From assembly GCA_026026165.1 (NCBI GenBank), contig JAPEUD010000026.1, forward strand, positions 62,001-126,000: 64,000 nucleotides of DNA, in the 5' to 3' direction. The stretch comes from Sarea resinae (lineage: Eukaryota). The notes under the pieces were generated by a model. It searched no databases and had not been told where the DNA came from. It worked only from the letters and a program-made list of their open reading frames with translations. Below are positions 49,081-64,000 of this stretch, piece by piece (positions within the stretch are counted from its first letter, which is position 1; the number at the start of each line of letters is the position of its first letter). The position numbers and the translations under genes were made by a program.

Positions 49081-51024
49081 TTATAAGCTCGTTGTCAAAC
49101 TAGCCGACGACAATCCTCCTGTTATCTGCGCAACTCTGTTTATGTCATCGACTTCCGCAATCCGTAATAGCCTCTCCCCAACTTGCTTGACCAAGTCTTT
49201 GACATCAATAAGAATTCCATCTTTTTCGGGGTGTCCTTCTGGGAGACCCATTTCTTTGATCTTGACCTTGCCTTGCGCTTGCTCGTCTTCGCCCAAAATC
49301 ACGGCAAATGGCACCCCGCCCGCTTCTGCAGCTTTGAATTGTGCCGGCAACTTTGGTTTCACCTTATAAGAGAATTCCGCCTGATCTCCATCAGTATCTA
49401 TCCATAATTAGATACGTGGGCAGACATACCTTGATACCAGCATCCCATAGCATGCGGCTGATATCCATGCGCTCCTTCAAAAGTCCCGTAAAGCCTTTCC
49501 CGCCGAATGCCATAACGTAAACGTCAACCTCGTTACTTCGTACCGCTGCAGCGCCTTTGTCTGCCTCCATCCTAGCCTTCGTGATCGAGAATATCCGGTC
49601 AACACCAAACGAGATGCCAACGCACGGTATCTGCGCCTTGCCTGAGAACATCCCCACGAGTCCGTCGTACCGTCCGCCCGCTGCTACACTACCAACACCT
49701 ACAGATGGATCTGAGGATCGATCCTCGTCGGCATCTTTGGACTTATCTTTCTTAGCCGCTCTCTGTACCTTCTGTCCTTCGCTTGAGCTAGGTGCGGAGC
49801 CTTCTGTGACAACTTCATAGATTACACCAGTGTAGTAGTCAAGGCCACGGGCTAGGCTGAGATCGAAAGAGATTTTGTCAAGAACGCCGAATGCTTCGAG
49901 ATATGTGAAGAGAAGATCTATGTCCTCAAGCCCTTTTTGGGCGGAAGGGTTGGCCATAAGTTCCTGATTAGATTGTAGTGATTTTAACAGATCGCGTGAG
50001 CCCTTTTGTACGACGTATTCGCCAATTTTGTCGGCAATGGTAGCATCTAGATTCTTCTCTTCTGTCATCTCCCGCCGGACTTCCGACCATGGAGACTTTT
50101 GGGTGTAAGTTGACTAGGCCACATATACATAGACAAGTATTGAATTTTGAGGCAAGCTGGTGACATACCTTGTCCAATTTGTCGACAGCACTGCTGATAG
50201 TCCTGATCTTGTCCTGTGGTACGCCGCATACCTCAAATATGCCGTCCAGGATCTTCCGATGATTTATCTTGATTGTGTATTTTCCTTTCCATCCCAAGCC
50301 TTCAAACACCTCGCTGGTGATCCTCAAGATCTCTGCATCTGGAAGCATCGGATCGTAGTTTCCTGCAATGTCAAAGTCGCACTGGTAGAATTCGCGCATG
50401 CGCCCCTTCGTCATGGCAGGTTGGTCGCGACGGTAGACTTTTGCGATGTGATAGCGTTTGATATTCTGAATCGAGGGGTTCATGGCAAGCCACCGGGCAA
50501 AGGGGACAGTCAAGTCATAGCGCAAAGAGCAGATTTCGCCTCCTTGGTCCGCTAAATCGTAAATAAGCTTGCTGTCCTCCCCGTATTTCCCGGATAGAAT
50601 CTCTTTCAGCTCAAAGACTGGCCTGTGAATCAAAGGACCATTAGAAAATGCAAACACAAGTCAATTAGACAGACGTACGTGTCTATCGTCACTGCACCAT
50701 GGCGCTTGAATACTTGGGAGATAGTGGTGAAGATCTTGTCACGGATCACCATATCCTTACCCTCCCCTGACAGGAGACTGGTCAGCTATTTTTGTATACG
50801 ACGTTGACAGTGCATAACGTACAGTCTTTGGTGCCCTTTGGGGTCTTTAATTGGAATTGCACTTTCTCTTTAACCATGTCGGCGTCGTCACAGAGATCCG
50901 AGACTGACGCTGTATAGAGCCGGCGGGGTACAGCAATTCGACAGAGAGCTGTAGTGGGGTTTTGTCGAGCGATGCGGGCTGATGATCGTATAGATCCAAG
51001 ACAGAATTTTACGGCAATCCGCAT
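49081..51024 (-). CDS. HTS1: Histidyl-tRNA synthetase (upstream ATG 51024 mitochondrial form; ATG 50877 cytosolic form)
   Basis: [73 protein letters not shown]; anticodon-binding C-terminus; multi-exon. Confidence 0.95.
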
Positions 51025-51531
51025 ACACACGAGCTGGACGCGTTCTGATGAACGAAGACACAAGATTGGGTAAGGTAGTCGTAGTATCGTGAGTCACCAG
51101 CTGCCAGCCAATTCATGCAGCAAATGGAGATCTTTCTTTTAGGGTCGGGAGTTCCACAACAATTTTCCGTCATTCATTCCGTGAAATATATTTTGATGGT
51201 TGTGGTCTTTAACGTAACCTGTACTTTGTACGGCACGCGGACCAACTCTGTCCCTGAACATTCGAATGTCGGACCCTCGAGACTTACTTTCTTCAACTGA
51301 TCCTCTACTCCCTCCTCGAGTCCCGCATTCAATCGACCGGAGAAGCACGTTGACTGATAGTATAGCTGGGCTTCAGGAAATCTTATACTATGTTTAAACA
51401 TAGCTGAAGAGGGAACTTTTGGCCAGGTGCTGCAACACCACCTATTCGGATTCTCTAGCTTCTGCGTGGACCGAGCGTCCTGTTCCACCGGCCGGCTCCC
51501 TGTATGCACTTCTTGTTCTTACGCATACCTG

Positions 51532-54033
51532 ATGATGATGGCCTCTCAAAAGGGACTTAATTCAGGCGAGATTCAAGAAAAAGCTCGTAGAGAACTACTC
51601 AATCTTCTTGAAGGCGTAAGCTAAGATCTATCGTTTCCAACATCGTGCTTCGAGGCCGCCGTCCTGACGGAATCAAATTCAGGTGCGAGGGAAGAAGAAC
51701 CTTGTCTTGGAGAAAGCTCTAGCTGGCCCTTTGAACATTCTGGCGAAGTTCTCGACCTTACAGAACTATGGTGTCGATCGTGTCTTCTATCTCGAGAATG
51801 GAAACGTCGATTCGTCTCAAAAAAACGTCGTATTCCTAGCTCGAGGGGAAAAGGCGACGCATGCCCAAGCAATCGCCGGTACGTATGGATGTCCGAGACG
51901 CACCCTATGAGGATATCTGCCACTATCAGCATTCTGTTTGCATGCTATGCTATCATTTAATTGACAGATGTACTGCTCTTCTGTTTTCTTCCTATCCATC
52001 ATGCCTATCAGGTTCTGCTTCACTAGTATGAGGAATAAAAAGTAAAATAATGTGGACTTCTACTACTCCACCTAGTCAGTCTTGCTCCGCAGAGATAGAT
52101 TTTGGCGGCATCGTTCATTAGCGTCCCCATATTTCTACCGTGAGGTGGATGCTATCATTGCATGCTGACATCTCATTCTTCTTCACACAAGAGCAGATCA
52201 AACGGCTGCAACGAAACGGCTCAATCGATCACTCCTTCTCCGTCTTCTGGGTTCCAAGGAGAACTCTTGTGTGCGACAAGATCCTCGAAGATGAAGGCGT
52301 TCTAGGAGATGTCAATTTTGGAGAGTTCCCTCTTTATTTTGTCCCATTAGAGCGGGATCTTCTCTCCCTGGAAATGGAAGACTCGTTTCGCGATCTCTAT
52401 CTGGTAGGCACATCGAAAACAAACCTCATTATGAGTTGATAGCTGAATTTTTCTTTGAAAATGCTCCAGCGCAGGGATCCCACAGCTATCTACCTTTCTG
52501 CTCGAGCTCTCATGCTGCTACAACAACGCCATGGCCTTTTCCCCAGAATTATTGGCAAAGGTGACAATGCATACCGCTTGGCAGAATTGCTGATAAGAAT
52601 GCGGTCCGAAGTCGTTGCGGGCGAAGACACAGCAAAGAATAACGCCTCTATGCTTGGAATGACACCTAGCTCCACGATCGAGAGCCTTATCATCATCGAC
52701 AGGGAGGTCGATTTCGCCAGTGTACTGCTTACACAGCTTACATACGAAGGACTTGTGGATGAGATGGTAGGCATCCATAACAATCAGGCCGAGGTTGACT
52801 CATCAGTCATTGGTGCAGCTCCAACGATTCAACCATCGCAAGGCTCCTCCTCGAGAAGTACAGCAGCACAACAGTCATCACAGGGATTGAAGCGCAAGAT
52901 CCAGCTTGATTCTTCGGACAAGCTGTTTGAGCAATTAAGGGACACCAATTTTGCCATAGTGGGAAGCCTACTCAACAAAGTTGCTCGTCGATTAGAAAGT
53001 GACTACGAAAGTCGTCATGGTGCTAAAAGCACTTCTGAGTTGAGAGAATTTGTCAACAAGCTTCCTGGGTATCAGGCCGAACAACAAAGTTTGAAGGTTC
53101 ACATTGCGCTTGCCGAAGACATCATGAAGCATACTCGTTCGGATCTCTTCAGCCGTAGCTTGGAAGTTCAACAGAATCTAGCAGCTGGGGCAGACCCCAC
53201 CACGCAGCACGAGACAATCGAAGAGCTCATTGCCCGCGATGCGCCGCTGACAGCGGTCCTTCGCCTTCTCTGTCTTGAGTCATGCATGTTTGGTGGATTG
53301 AGGCCTAAGGACTTGGAGAATTTCAAACGACAGATTCTACACGCGTACGGCTTTCAACACCTCCTGACTCTCGACTCGCTAGAAAAACTCCAGCTTTTAC
53401 AGTCTCGCACATCTGCTAATGCATTGCTGCTCCCAACTTCGGCTAGTGGCACAGCCGGTGGACCGAAGACAAATTACTCTCATCTCCGGAAACTCTTACA
53501 TCTCATCGTCGACGAAGTCAATGAGCAAGATCCAACAGATATTGCTTATGTCTATAGCGGCTATGCTCCACTCAGTGTTCGCCTTGTACAATGCATCCTT
53601 CAGAAGCAGTACCTGCTTTCAATCACAAAGGGGGGTACCAACGTTGCTGGAACAGCAATCAATGGACCTTCGCAGGGTTGGCGAGGATTTGACGATGTCG
53701 TGAAGAGTGTAAGAGGAAAGACTTTCGATGAAGTACAGAGGGGCGAAGATAAAGCCGTTAGGGCGAGGCAGATATTGAACGGACAGGGCGAGAGGAAGAC
53801 CGTCATTGTCTTCTTCTTAGGGGGCATCAGCTTTGCTGAGATCGCTGCAATAAGGTTCATGGCTAAGCAGGAAAATGGTGAGTACATAGCTACTCTACTC
53901 GGCATTGACAGAACAGGACTAATGAAGTAATGGCTTAGCACGAAGAGATATCATAATCTGCACCACTTCAGTCATCAGTGGCAATAGAATGATGGATGCA
54001 GCGATAGAAAAGGCAAGTTTCGGGCAAGCCTAA
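51532..54033 (+). CDS. VPS33: Sec1/Munc18-family vacuolar sorting protein Vps33
   Basis: RELLNLLEG/VRGKKNLV, FWVPRRTLVC, PLERDLLSLE, IIDREVDF...LTQLTYEGLVDE, LRDTNF, YVYSGYAPLSVRL, FFLGGISFAEIAA; stop TAA at 54031-54033. Confidence 0.93.
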
Positions 54034-54506
54034 GAGGATTTTGCTTCTACGCCTGGCTGTCACCAGGTTCCAGCAGATACTCCATGGAGAGGGAGCTCCA
54101 GTTTGGGTCGTAAGCATATCGCATGCCGGAGCGTACAGGCTGCACGGGGCGTTCGAGATAGAGAAAGGCTGCTTGACGTAAGTGCCGAGAGAATGCATTA
54201 TTGGCGCAGACGGAGTATTACGATACCCAAATCTCAATAGCTGTCCTATACTTCTGTTGCATCCATCAAGTGTACGGTCTAGAAAGTTTATCACTCCCCG
54301 CTTCAAGCCAAGAGCTGCATGGACATTCACTGGAGAACCATAGGGATGTATTCAGTAGATACGAAGCATATCACTTCGGCGACCTCCATCATCTATCATG
54401 TCACTCATTTATTCCTAAGAACAAAAACCTCGAGACAGCTCTCTCCTAAAGATAGATCGTTCTGACAGTGGTTCCTTCTTGGTAACCCAATTTCGACTGT
54501 CTCAAC

Positions 54507-55501
54507 ATGATTACTCCATCGAAAGCCAAAACGCCCTTTCCATTCCTTTCCACTCTGTCAACAGGCGTTTCTCAGCAGCCCAAAACCTACCCCACATGGC
54601 GAAGTGCTCTGCAAGGAGTCAAATTGCTGTACCTATCGCGCCAGTACAAACAATGCACAGTGCGTTGCGTCAAACTTCTGGAAGAAACCGAGGTTCGTTC
54701 CCCAAAGGCCTGTTTTCTCTTGTCCATCGATATCTGTGACATGCTGATCGCTTTGCCCGCCCATCCCATTAGATCCACGCCGTGTATCGGGCCTTCCTGC
54801 ACATGTATGCTGCTGTCTGTAATGAGCTGATCGCCCGCTCCAATCACTATCTATCAGCTCAGAAGCTGCCGCTCATGATATTGGCCAAAGAACATTATCA
54901 AAAGGCCGCTTCGGCTTTGCCTGCCCCTCGCCCAGAAGAGCCCGAAAGCTCTTCTACGATGAATGACATCACCCTCGGTCTTAGTCGCTTGAACAGCGAC
55001 GCCTCCTTTGCTTCTACTATCACCTCCGGAAAGCGCCCCAGACCTTTCTCGTACGGTTCAGAAATCGACAGCGAAGTTACCAGGCCGTCTCCTCTTCGTA
55101 TCCGCAAAGCTGTCCGTTTTAGTGGCCCACCGCCATCCTTCATCCTGCCTCGGTCGGCGCCTACTTCGCGCAGAAATTCTCTGCAGCTTGACGACAACAC
55201 CGACGTCTGGCTCCGCCTCCGAGCACTAGAGCGTTTCAACAACCACCTTGTCTCGCTCTCGGAGTCGATCCAGGACCACTTGAAGGCCGTCGACTCACAG
55301 ATCATCTCCATCTCTGAAGCTCAAGCAAATTGGAAGCTTCCGATACCCTTCAAACTTCATGCCGGAGCTCCGCAAGAGGATATCAACCTCGTGGAAAAGC
55401 GCGCCAGGATTGAGAGGCTCCGAGCTAATGGCTGGAAGCGGGAACGATATTGTGGTGCTAGATATGAGGACCTTTGTCAGCGCGCATTGGCGGAATTGTG
55501 A
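54507..55501 (+). CDS. Hypothetical conserved fungal protein (2 exons)
   Basis: Exon 1 (...LLYLSRQYKQCTVRC...) spliced at ~54693-54771 to a 239-aa frame ending RARIERLRANGWKRERY...YEDLCQRALAEL. Confidence 0.65.
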
Positions 55502-55987
55502 TCACAGCCTTCGATGGGCTACTGTAGGACGAAGACGTGAGATCATGCACAGAGGAAGCACTGCTATACTGCTTTGCCAATTCGTCGTATTCTTTAGTGA
55601 AGATGCTCCTTCTGTGGCGAATTTCGGCTCTTCTATGTTCACAAGGCATATGAGGAGACCTCGAATATCAAAGTCTTTACCGAACCAGCGCTTAGATCAT
55701 TGAATTAGTAAATTATGATCGAGACAACCTTTCGCAAAGCTGATGATATTGAATGATAGCTGAGACACCTCTTTTGACAAATTTAATCAGCTCAGCAGTT
55801 ACTCTGCATTTCAAATTCGAAAGAGCAAACGCAAGCAAATCAAATGTGACCCTGAGTGGATATCATAGGAAAAAGTAAAAAACCTGCAGAAGCCAACATT
55901 TGGGCACACCACCCGCTGTCTTGATGGGTACGGATCAAGCAAAGACAAGAAGAACTGCCGAAAGTAATGGCGAGACTGGCATGGGTC

Positions 55988-57717
<1,730 letters not shown>

Positions 57718-59100
57718 GGTGGCGGTTCCTCGATGGTGATACGGCTGAGCGTACCTTCTCAGGCAAGTGGGCGAACACGGGAAAGCTCCTCCCAGTGTCC
57801 AACTAGGCTTAAAATATGGTACGCTAGGACTGAAGTGAGGACGGGTTTGAAATCAACAAATATGATTTGCCAGATTGGTAGTCACAGTGCTGAAGGCCGA
57901 CGCGGAAAGGACGAAGAAATGCTCGGGCAATTAAGCTGAAGAAGAGGTCTGTCGATTAGAACGAGAATATTGCAGTCGCAACAAATCTTTAGTGTTCCCT
58001 AGGAGCAGAGAGAAGTGCGGTAGGATTGTGAGAGATATAGGTGGGGATGAAGAGCAGCAGCATTGATTGCACGGTGACATGGAAGGGAAGTCGAGAGTTT
58101 CAAAGGAAGGTCCAGGAGCTGTTGTGTAGGTAAGATTCAGGTCGTAAGGGAAGTTTGGGTCGAGTGTTGTTGGCGGGGCTATGCCGCGTCTACCAAACGA
58201 TACGAAGTACCGGAACTGGTAAAATGGGCGGTGGTGATACCTCCGCGAGTCTTCCTATCGTGGGGCAGATTTGCTACATACCTTAGTAGGGGGGCTGAAA
58301 GCCTCAGACATGAGACATGTGGTGGAGACGAGGGGGGAAGTACGCAAATTGTACCTTCGTACTCCAGCACAGTACGCAGTACGCGAATACACAGCCACTG
58401 AGCATCTTAAGGGTCCAGCGGCCTCTGAACGTCTTGGAGCTGCCATTGTATTCGTACCGTCCAGTATTCGTCCATCCATGTGGGGTACATGTCGCACGTC
58501 ACCTAGGAGTACTTCGTACAGTAGGGACAGACGGAAAGCTTTTGATCTAGGGCTACTAGGTAGGTAAGGTAAGGTAGGTACGCTTGGAGACTCCTCTAGT
58601 ACGAAGTAGTCACCTTGGGAGGTGGGATCCAATGGACGATGAATAGAAGGAAGTGTCCCGTGCTTCCCACAGTAAGAGGCCCGATTACGAGCATTGCTCG
58701 AACGCCCACGATGCCAAGATCAGTTGAAATCAAACTTGGATTTTCTTTCAAGATGGCAGCTCGTATACGCGAATATGGGCTAATATATGACAGATATGTG
58801 ATATAGGCGTGAATGCAACGATGCTGTTAGTATGACTAAATGACAGCCAGCTTGGAAATGTTAGTACCCGTAAACCGGTTATGTTGTGGCACCGACATGG
58901 ACGTCATTCCTCCTGGACGAGTCCTGGAGGTTTATATCTTGGCCATGAGACAACTATTCTATGCTCTCTCAAACTTGGATTATCCGACTCTTTGCACAGC
59001 GTTTATTACCCTTTATTGAGATTTGAGAAATCACCTTCATAATAAGTTGTTCATTATTTCGAGAACCTACCTCGATAATAAACCACCTCCTTTGCCCATT

Positions 59101-59503
59101 ATGGTCACCAATACAACTATCGCCTCCGTCGTCGCTGCCATCATCGCCGTGGCAATAGCTGCGGCTTACATCAGCGGAGCGGCCGACCCGATCATCGACC
59201 GCATTGCCAAACTCTACTTCAAGGGAAAGGCCAAGGCCGAAGAGAAGGCCCTCGAGACCATGGGAGAGAACAAAGCATCGTATTATTTCAAAGGTAAATT
59301 CTAGCCGTCCTTATCGAAGTCACACCCAGCCTAGAGCTGCATTTAGCTGACTTGACCTAGGTCAATTGCAAGAGAACAAAATCTCGGATGACAAGAAAGT
59401 GAACGAAATCCAGAGTGGTCTGGCTGAGGGTGTCGGAGGTGGTCTTAACAACCCCTTGGGGAAAGAGGCTGGAAATGTTGGGGATCAATTGTTTCGTGGC
59501 TAG
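59101..59503 (+). CDS. Small protein with N-terminal transmembrane segment (2 exons)
   Basis: MVTNTTIASVVAAIIAVAIAAAYISG...KAKAEEKALETMGENKASYYFK; intron ~59294-59360 (GTAAAT...GCTGAC...TAG); GQLQENK...QLFRG*. Confidence 0.7.
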
Positions 59504-60636
59504 GGCAAGAGCAGCGAAGAAGAGACTGGGCACAGAACCAACGATAAAAGACGTCTGTGGTTTTGGCTCCATTTGAGGACGGCGACTGTCAGAGCTGGGA
59601 CTAGTCTTGGTCCGGCCTGAGATGACAATAACGAACTGTATATCATTGGCGTACCAATGTTTGACCGAGCAATGATGGATTATAACAGTCACTTATAGCC
59701 TTTACCCAGGAGGATTAAGAAACAATGCTCTGATTAAGTCTCTCAGGGTCATCACGCTAGATGAATCATAAGCTTTCGAATAATCTTTTTGCTGCTGTGT
59801 TTGAGACTGAATTAGCATTATCTATTGAAGATATAAAGGTCACTAGGTGAATTAGATTAAGTTAGGTAGGACAGGTGGATAAGGTAAGGTAAAGATGATT
59901 TAATAATAGGGACACTGATTTTGTCACTAAGAAGAATATGCCAGGCTGCCTTAGGAGATGTAGCTATATACCAGCCTCTACCTTAGGTGGGACAATGATG
60001 CTGTTGTTATTGTCTCGGTTGCCGTTATTCCCAGTGTACTTCGTATTCAATATTGACTGCTTTGTGAACCTTTCAGCCTAGCGATAGCCATAAAGGTAGC
60101 ATAAGGACTGATATACCTACTGCTATAGAGTCTCGGACGATCAAATCGACTTGCTCCGCGAGGTGAGGAGTACGAAGTACATAGAGTATTGGTCGGGTAT
60201 GTCACTGCCAGGTTCAGGCGCGTAGATGAAGCGCTAGGCTTGCTGTGCGCTAGAAGCTGGGGCGCATCTCAGACTCTGACTCGTCCAGATGCCGCCGCCG
60301 AAAACAATCCTAGTTGCTACGTGATTTTGGCGGGGTAGGAGACGCGAAGGTCGCTGAAATGCGGACCGAGGGACTCTTTTGGACCAGTGACCCTGGTACC
60401 ATCTACATGGATGTAAGTCGGCTCGGAAAACAAAACTTAGCTTACATCTCGTTATCGATAGGACATCCAAAGTATGGACTGTGGAGTATATCCAAATGAG
60501 CCGGATCCTATTTAAAATTATCAAACACAAAGGCTTAGTGACAGAGCTAAGTTTGATGATCCTGTAGCGTGATGCAACCCCCTTGGACTTCAAGTCCCCA
60601 TGACTTGCCATCCAGAAATGCCTTTTTCATAATCCG

Positions 60637-62381
60637 ATGCCCCTTTCAACTTCTCTGGAGATGGCTCTGACAACTCTTTTCCACACAGCATTATATCGTA
60701 TTGGAGTCGCTTTCGGCCGTTCTCCAATCAAGGCGCGTCGGCAGCATGACATTCTACAAGAAGACATCAAGCGATATTGTCCAGGCGGATATCACCCTGT
60801 CCGTATTGGCGATAAGTTCGACCAAGGCAGATATAAGGTGATTAGCAAGTTGGGTTATGGTGTTTGTTCTACAGTTTGGCTTGCACGGGATCAAAGGTAA
60901 ATATGAAAGATTAGGGAGGCCATCTCTAACTTTGCCTTCTCTCTATGTCAGGACATGTCTTCTGCTGCTTTTCTCCCTGGACACATTGGCTCAACATGCT
61001 TACGAATGTCTGCAGAAATAATGGCCATGTCGCACTGAAGATTCTAACAGCCGACTCTTACGGTGGACCAAAGGAAACCTTTGAGTTAGATATCTTGTAT
61101 CATCTCAAGACCACAGATCCTTCCAATCCTGGAGCTCAGCATATCCTTGGACTTCTCGACACTTTCCACCATTCGGGCCCCTATGGCGATCACGTCTGCT
61201 TAGTCTTCAAGGCTATGGGACCAGATCTGGTCAAGTACAGACAGTTGTTCCCTCGATCAAGAATACCGGTCCACTTGATAAAACAGATCACCAGGCAACT
61301 GTTGCTTGCACTAGCCTACTTGCACGAATCGTGTGGAATAACACATACAGGTGAGTGACTATTGCACTATGGTCTGTGAATCGCCAGTCAGAACTTTGTC
61401 CGCTGATCGAATTGGGATTTTGTGTAGACATCAAACCCCAGAATATACTCGTTGAGACCCCTGCAATCGACGATATGTTGGCACACGCGCCTTCGGGAGT
61501 CTTCCGGCAGCGTTCTCCGCCGTCGGAACCTCCTAATGACTTTTACATGAAGTCAGAGCAAGTGTCATCTGTACATGAAGACCTAGCCACTCTCGACAGA
61601 ATTTCGGTGAGGCTCGGTGACTTCGGCAGTGGTAAGCTACTGCCTCTCCAAAATCAAAACGGCTAGACCTCAGGGGACAACTGGCTCCCATAATTGCTTG
61701 TTGACCTAATGACCTTCCAGCAAATTGGTTTGATCGACATTTGACTGAGTGGATCCAGCCTCAGATGTTGCGAGCGCCTGAACTTATCCTTGGCTGCCAA
61801 TGGGATAGCAGCGTTGATATTTGGAATCTCGGCGTAGTGGTTAGTCCTGGAGTATTTCTTGAGAGATTGGGGATCGAAATTCCTCCGATTTTCATGCTTT
61901 TCCTAACTTCATGGCGTCCCTATCTAGATCTGGGAGCTCACCGAAGGGAAGTTGTTGTTCGATGGCTGCGCGACACCAACAGCATCGTACTCACCGGAAA
62001 CCCATCTAGCGCAGCTGGTAGCGTTGTTGGGCCCCCTGCCGAAGGCATTGTTGAACAGGACTGAGAGACCGAATTATATTGCGTCCGATGGTAAGTATAA
62101 CAATGCAATGTTCCTCTACAATTGACTTCCCTGTGTATTTTGACTCCTTCGCTGGAGCCTTGACTGCTGCTAAATAAGCAGTAGGGACATTGGCGAAATC
62201 CCCGTTCAGAAGAGTCTCGTTCGATGAGTTCTGCACAAACCCCAATCTAGCTAGTGAGGAGAAGCAGGATTTCATAGACTTCATCTCATCGATGCTAAAG
62301 CTAGACCCACGGGAGAGACCAAGTGCTCGCAACTTACTCAAGGCGAGGTGGCTACTTCTAAAGCCGGAAGCTAGAAGATGA
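60637..62381 (+). CDS. SRPK-like (Sky1/Dsk1-related) serine/threonine kinase, multi-exon
   Basis: YCPGGYHPVRIGD, KLGYGVCSTVWLARD, VALKIL, HVCLVF, HT/DIKPQNIL, LGDFGS, IQPQMLRAPE, DIWNLG, MLKLDPRERPSA. Confidence 0.88.
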
Positions 62382-63113
62382 GCAGAGTAACAAAAAGTTG
62401 TCCTCATAAAGGAGCCACTGCTCATGTACTGAGCCATTGACCGAAAGTGTCAACTGAACATAGTCGAGTCAAATTTGAGTCAACGATGCGAGCAGGCGCA
62501 GGAGGCATGCGGTGCGTGCTGTGGGTAGGGAGAAGCGGGGGCAACGGGATGCCCGATGTGGTGGTAATACAGCGAATGTGGAGTTGATATCTTGCGATAT
62601 GCTGAGGATAATTCAATTCTAATGGGAGAGGCCCAACCGGCGGTAGAGACCATATAAACCTAAGTAGCTACAGATGATTGTAATATTGCCTGAGATAACT
62701 CCATACCTACTACCTATTGTACTGCGCTCCAGCATCCAGCTGTGTGAGGAACTTTCGTACGTATTCGTACAGCCATGAGCGAAGCCCGAGTACTGCTGTA
62801 GTACTTCAGGAGGGGCGGCTATTGCCGCGCGATGCAGTTGGTCGGGTAGTCTTCCCAGATTTCCGTCGTGTCTTTGCCGACCTCATGCGATGTGCTTATA
62901 AGAACATATCTCGCAGTCGTACTCTCATTGTCTCTGTTCATGAGCCAGTTGAATAGATGCGTCTCGAAGCTATATTTGAATCGCGAATTTAGTACCTAGG
63001 AGTGCAACATACATTACTTTCCGCTGTTCGTTTGCTGCCTTAGACTGCTGGTAAGACTGAAATCTGCCAAAGCGTTACTTGGGGAAGCAGCCTTTGACAC
63101 TCCAAAGTGCGTC

Positions 63114-63800
63114 ATGTTCGCGGCAAAACGGCTGGGAAAGGTAAGCCATTCAACATCACCAACCATGAATATAATAGATGGCGTAGCTACAGCCTTGCTA
63201 ACGGTAATCGTATCCACTGCCTAGGAGCTTTCTAAGGTAAACAGTCCCGCTGGCTATGTCTTCTTCATCTCTCTACTACGATGACTTCATTTGCCTATCA
63301 AATTCGGCTGATGCCGAGTTCAGATCCACGACCATCTTCCGCCAGGTATCACCCTCGTCTCGGCAGAGAACCTGGAAGAATGGCAAATGGACATCAAGAT
63401 CCTGGACGATAATCCGTTATATCGAAATGAGATCTATCGCCTCAAATTCCGGTTCAGCCAAAAGTACCCGATTGGTATGCCTGCTATGCATACTAGAAGG
63501 CCTCGCTGACAGTCTGGCCCCGTCATATTAGAAGCCCCGGAGGTCACCTTCGTGAAGACGAAAGACCACCCCATACCAATGCATCCCCATATTTATTCCA
63601 ACGGCATCATCTGCCTCGACCTCCTCGACACACAAGGCTGGAGCCCCGTGCAGAATGTAGAGAGTATCTGCATGAGCATACAGAGTATGCTGACGGGCAA
63701 CACAAAGAACGAGCGGCCGCCAGGCGATGAGGACTTTGTTCGCGGAAACACCCAACGGCCCAGAGATATCAATTTCTATTATCACGATAACACTGTTTGA
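63114..63800 (+). CDS. Ubiquitin-conjugating enzyme E2, UBE2W-like (4 exons)
   Basis: MFAAKRLGK / ELSK / IHDHLPPGI...YRLKFRFSQKYPI / EAPEV...HPHIYSNGIICLDLL...WSP...FYYHD. Confidence 0.88.
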
Positions 63801-64000
63801 GAGATGACTTCAGTGTCTCATGACCCTGTTTTGTGGCCCCATGGTCGATGAAGGACAATCAAACATAACGGCGGCGCACGGGCGAAACGAACGAAGTGAA
63901 GAGGGAAGGAAACGATTTCAAATACCAAAGGAGCATGGCGCATTCCCTATAAACGGAACGGAGTTCTGAGACTTGGCGACGTCTAACTGAAATGACGGGG

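Noticed and set aside
57750..59000. Short ORFs upstream of cmkA
   Set aside because: Overlapping frames in GTAC-rich promoter DNA with no protein-like features.

Overview
Filamentous ascomycete (Pezizomycotina-type) chromosomal DNA with short GT-AG introns. Two gene-dense arms flank a ~20.7 kb AT-rich block (~21150-41830) that shows the signature of repeat-induced point mutation (RIP): TpA-rich, CpA/TpG-poor, all ORFs shot through with TAA/TAG. The left arm carries SNT2 (3' part), MPH1, CAP2, a small conserved protein, dynamitin, an MDR oxidoreductase, creB-type deubiquitinase and ALG12. The right arm carries an LSD1-type demethylase, COQ6, HTS1, VPS33, a hypothetical protein, cmkA, a small membrane protein, an SRPK-like kinase and a UBE2W-like E2. 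Reading the RIP block by mentally reversing C>T/G>A changes shows a nest of elements. A Copia LTR retrotransposon is interrupted by hAT-family elements, and one of these holds a 14.4 kb TIR-bounded CACTA-like (Plavaka) DNA transposon. That transposon encodes its transposase plus several cargo genes, including a SNF2/SWI2-family ATPase with motifs I, Ia, II, III, IV, V and VI recognisable. This multi-gene, remodeler-carrying transposon is the most interesting object in the window. All de-RIP translations were done by eye and need computational confirmation; exon boundaries are approximate.
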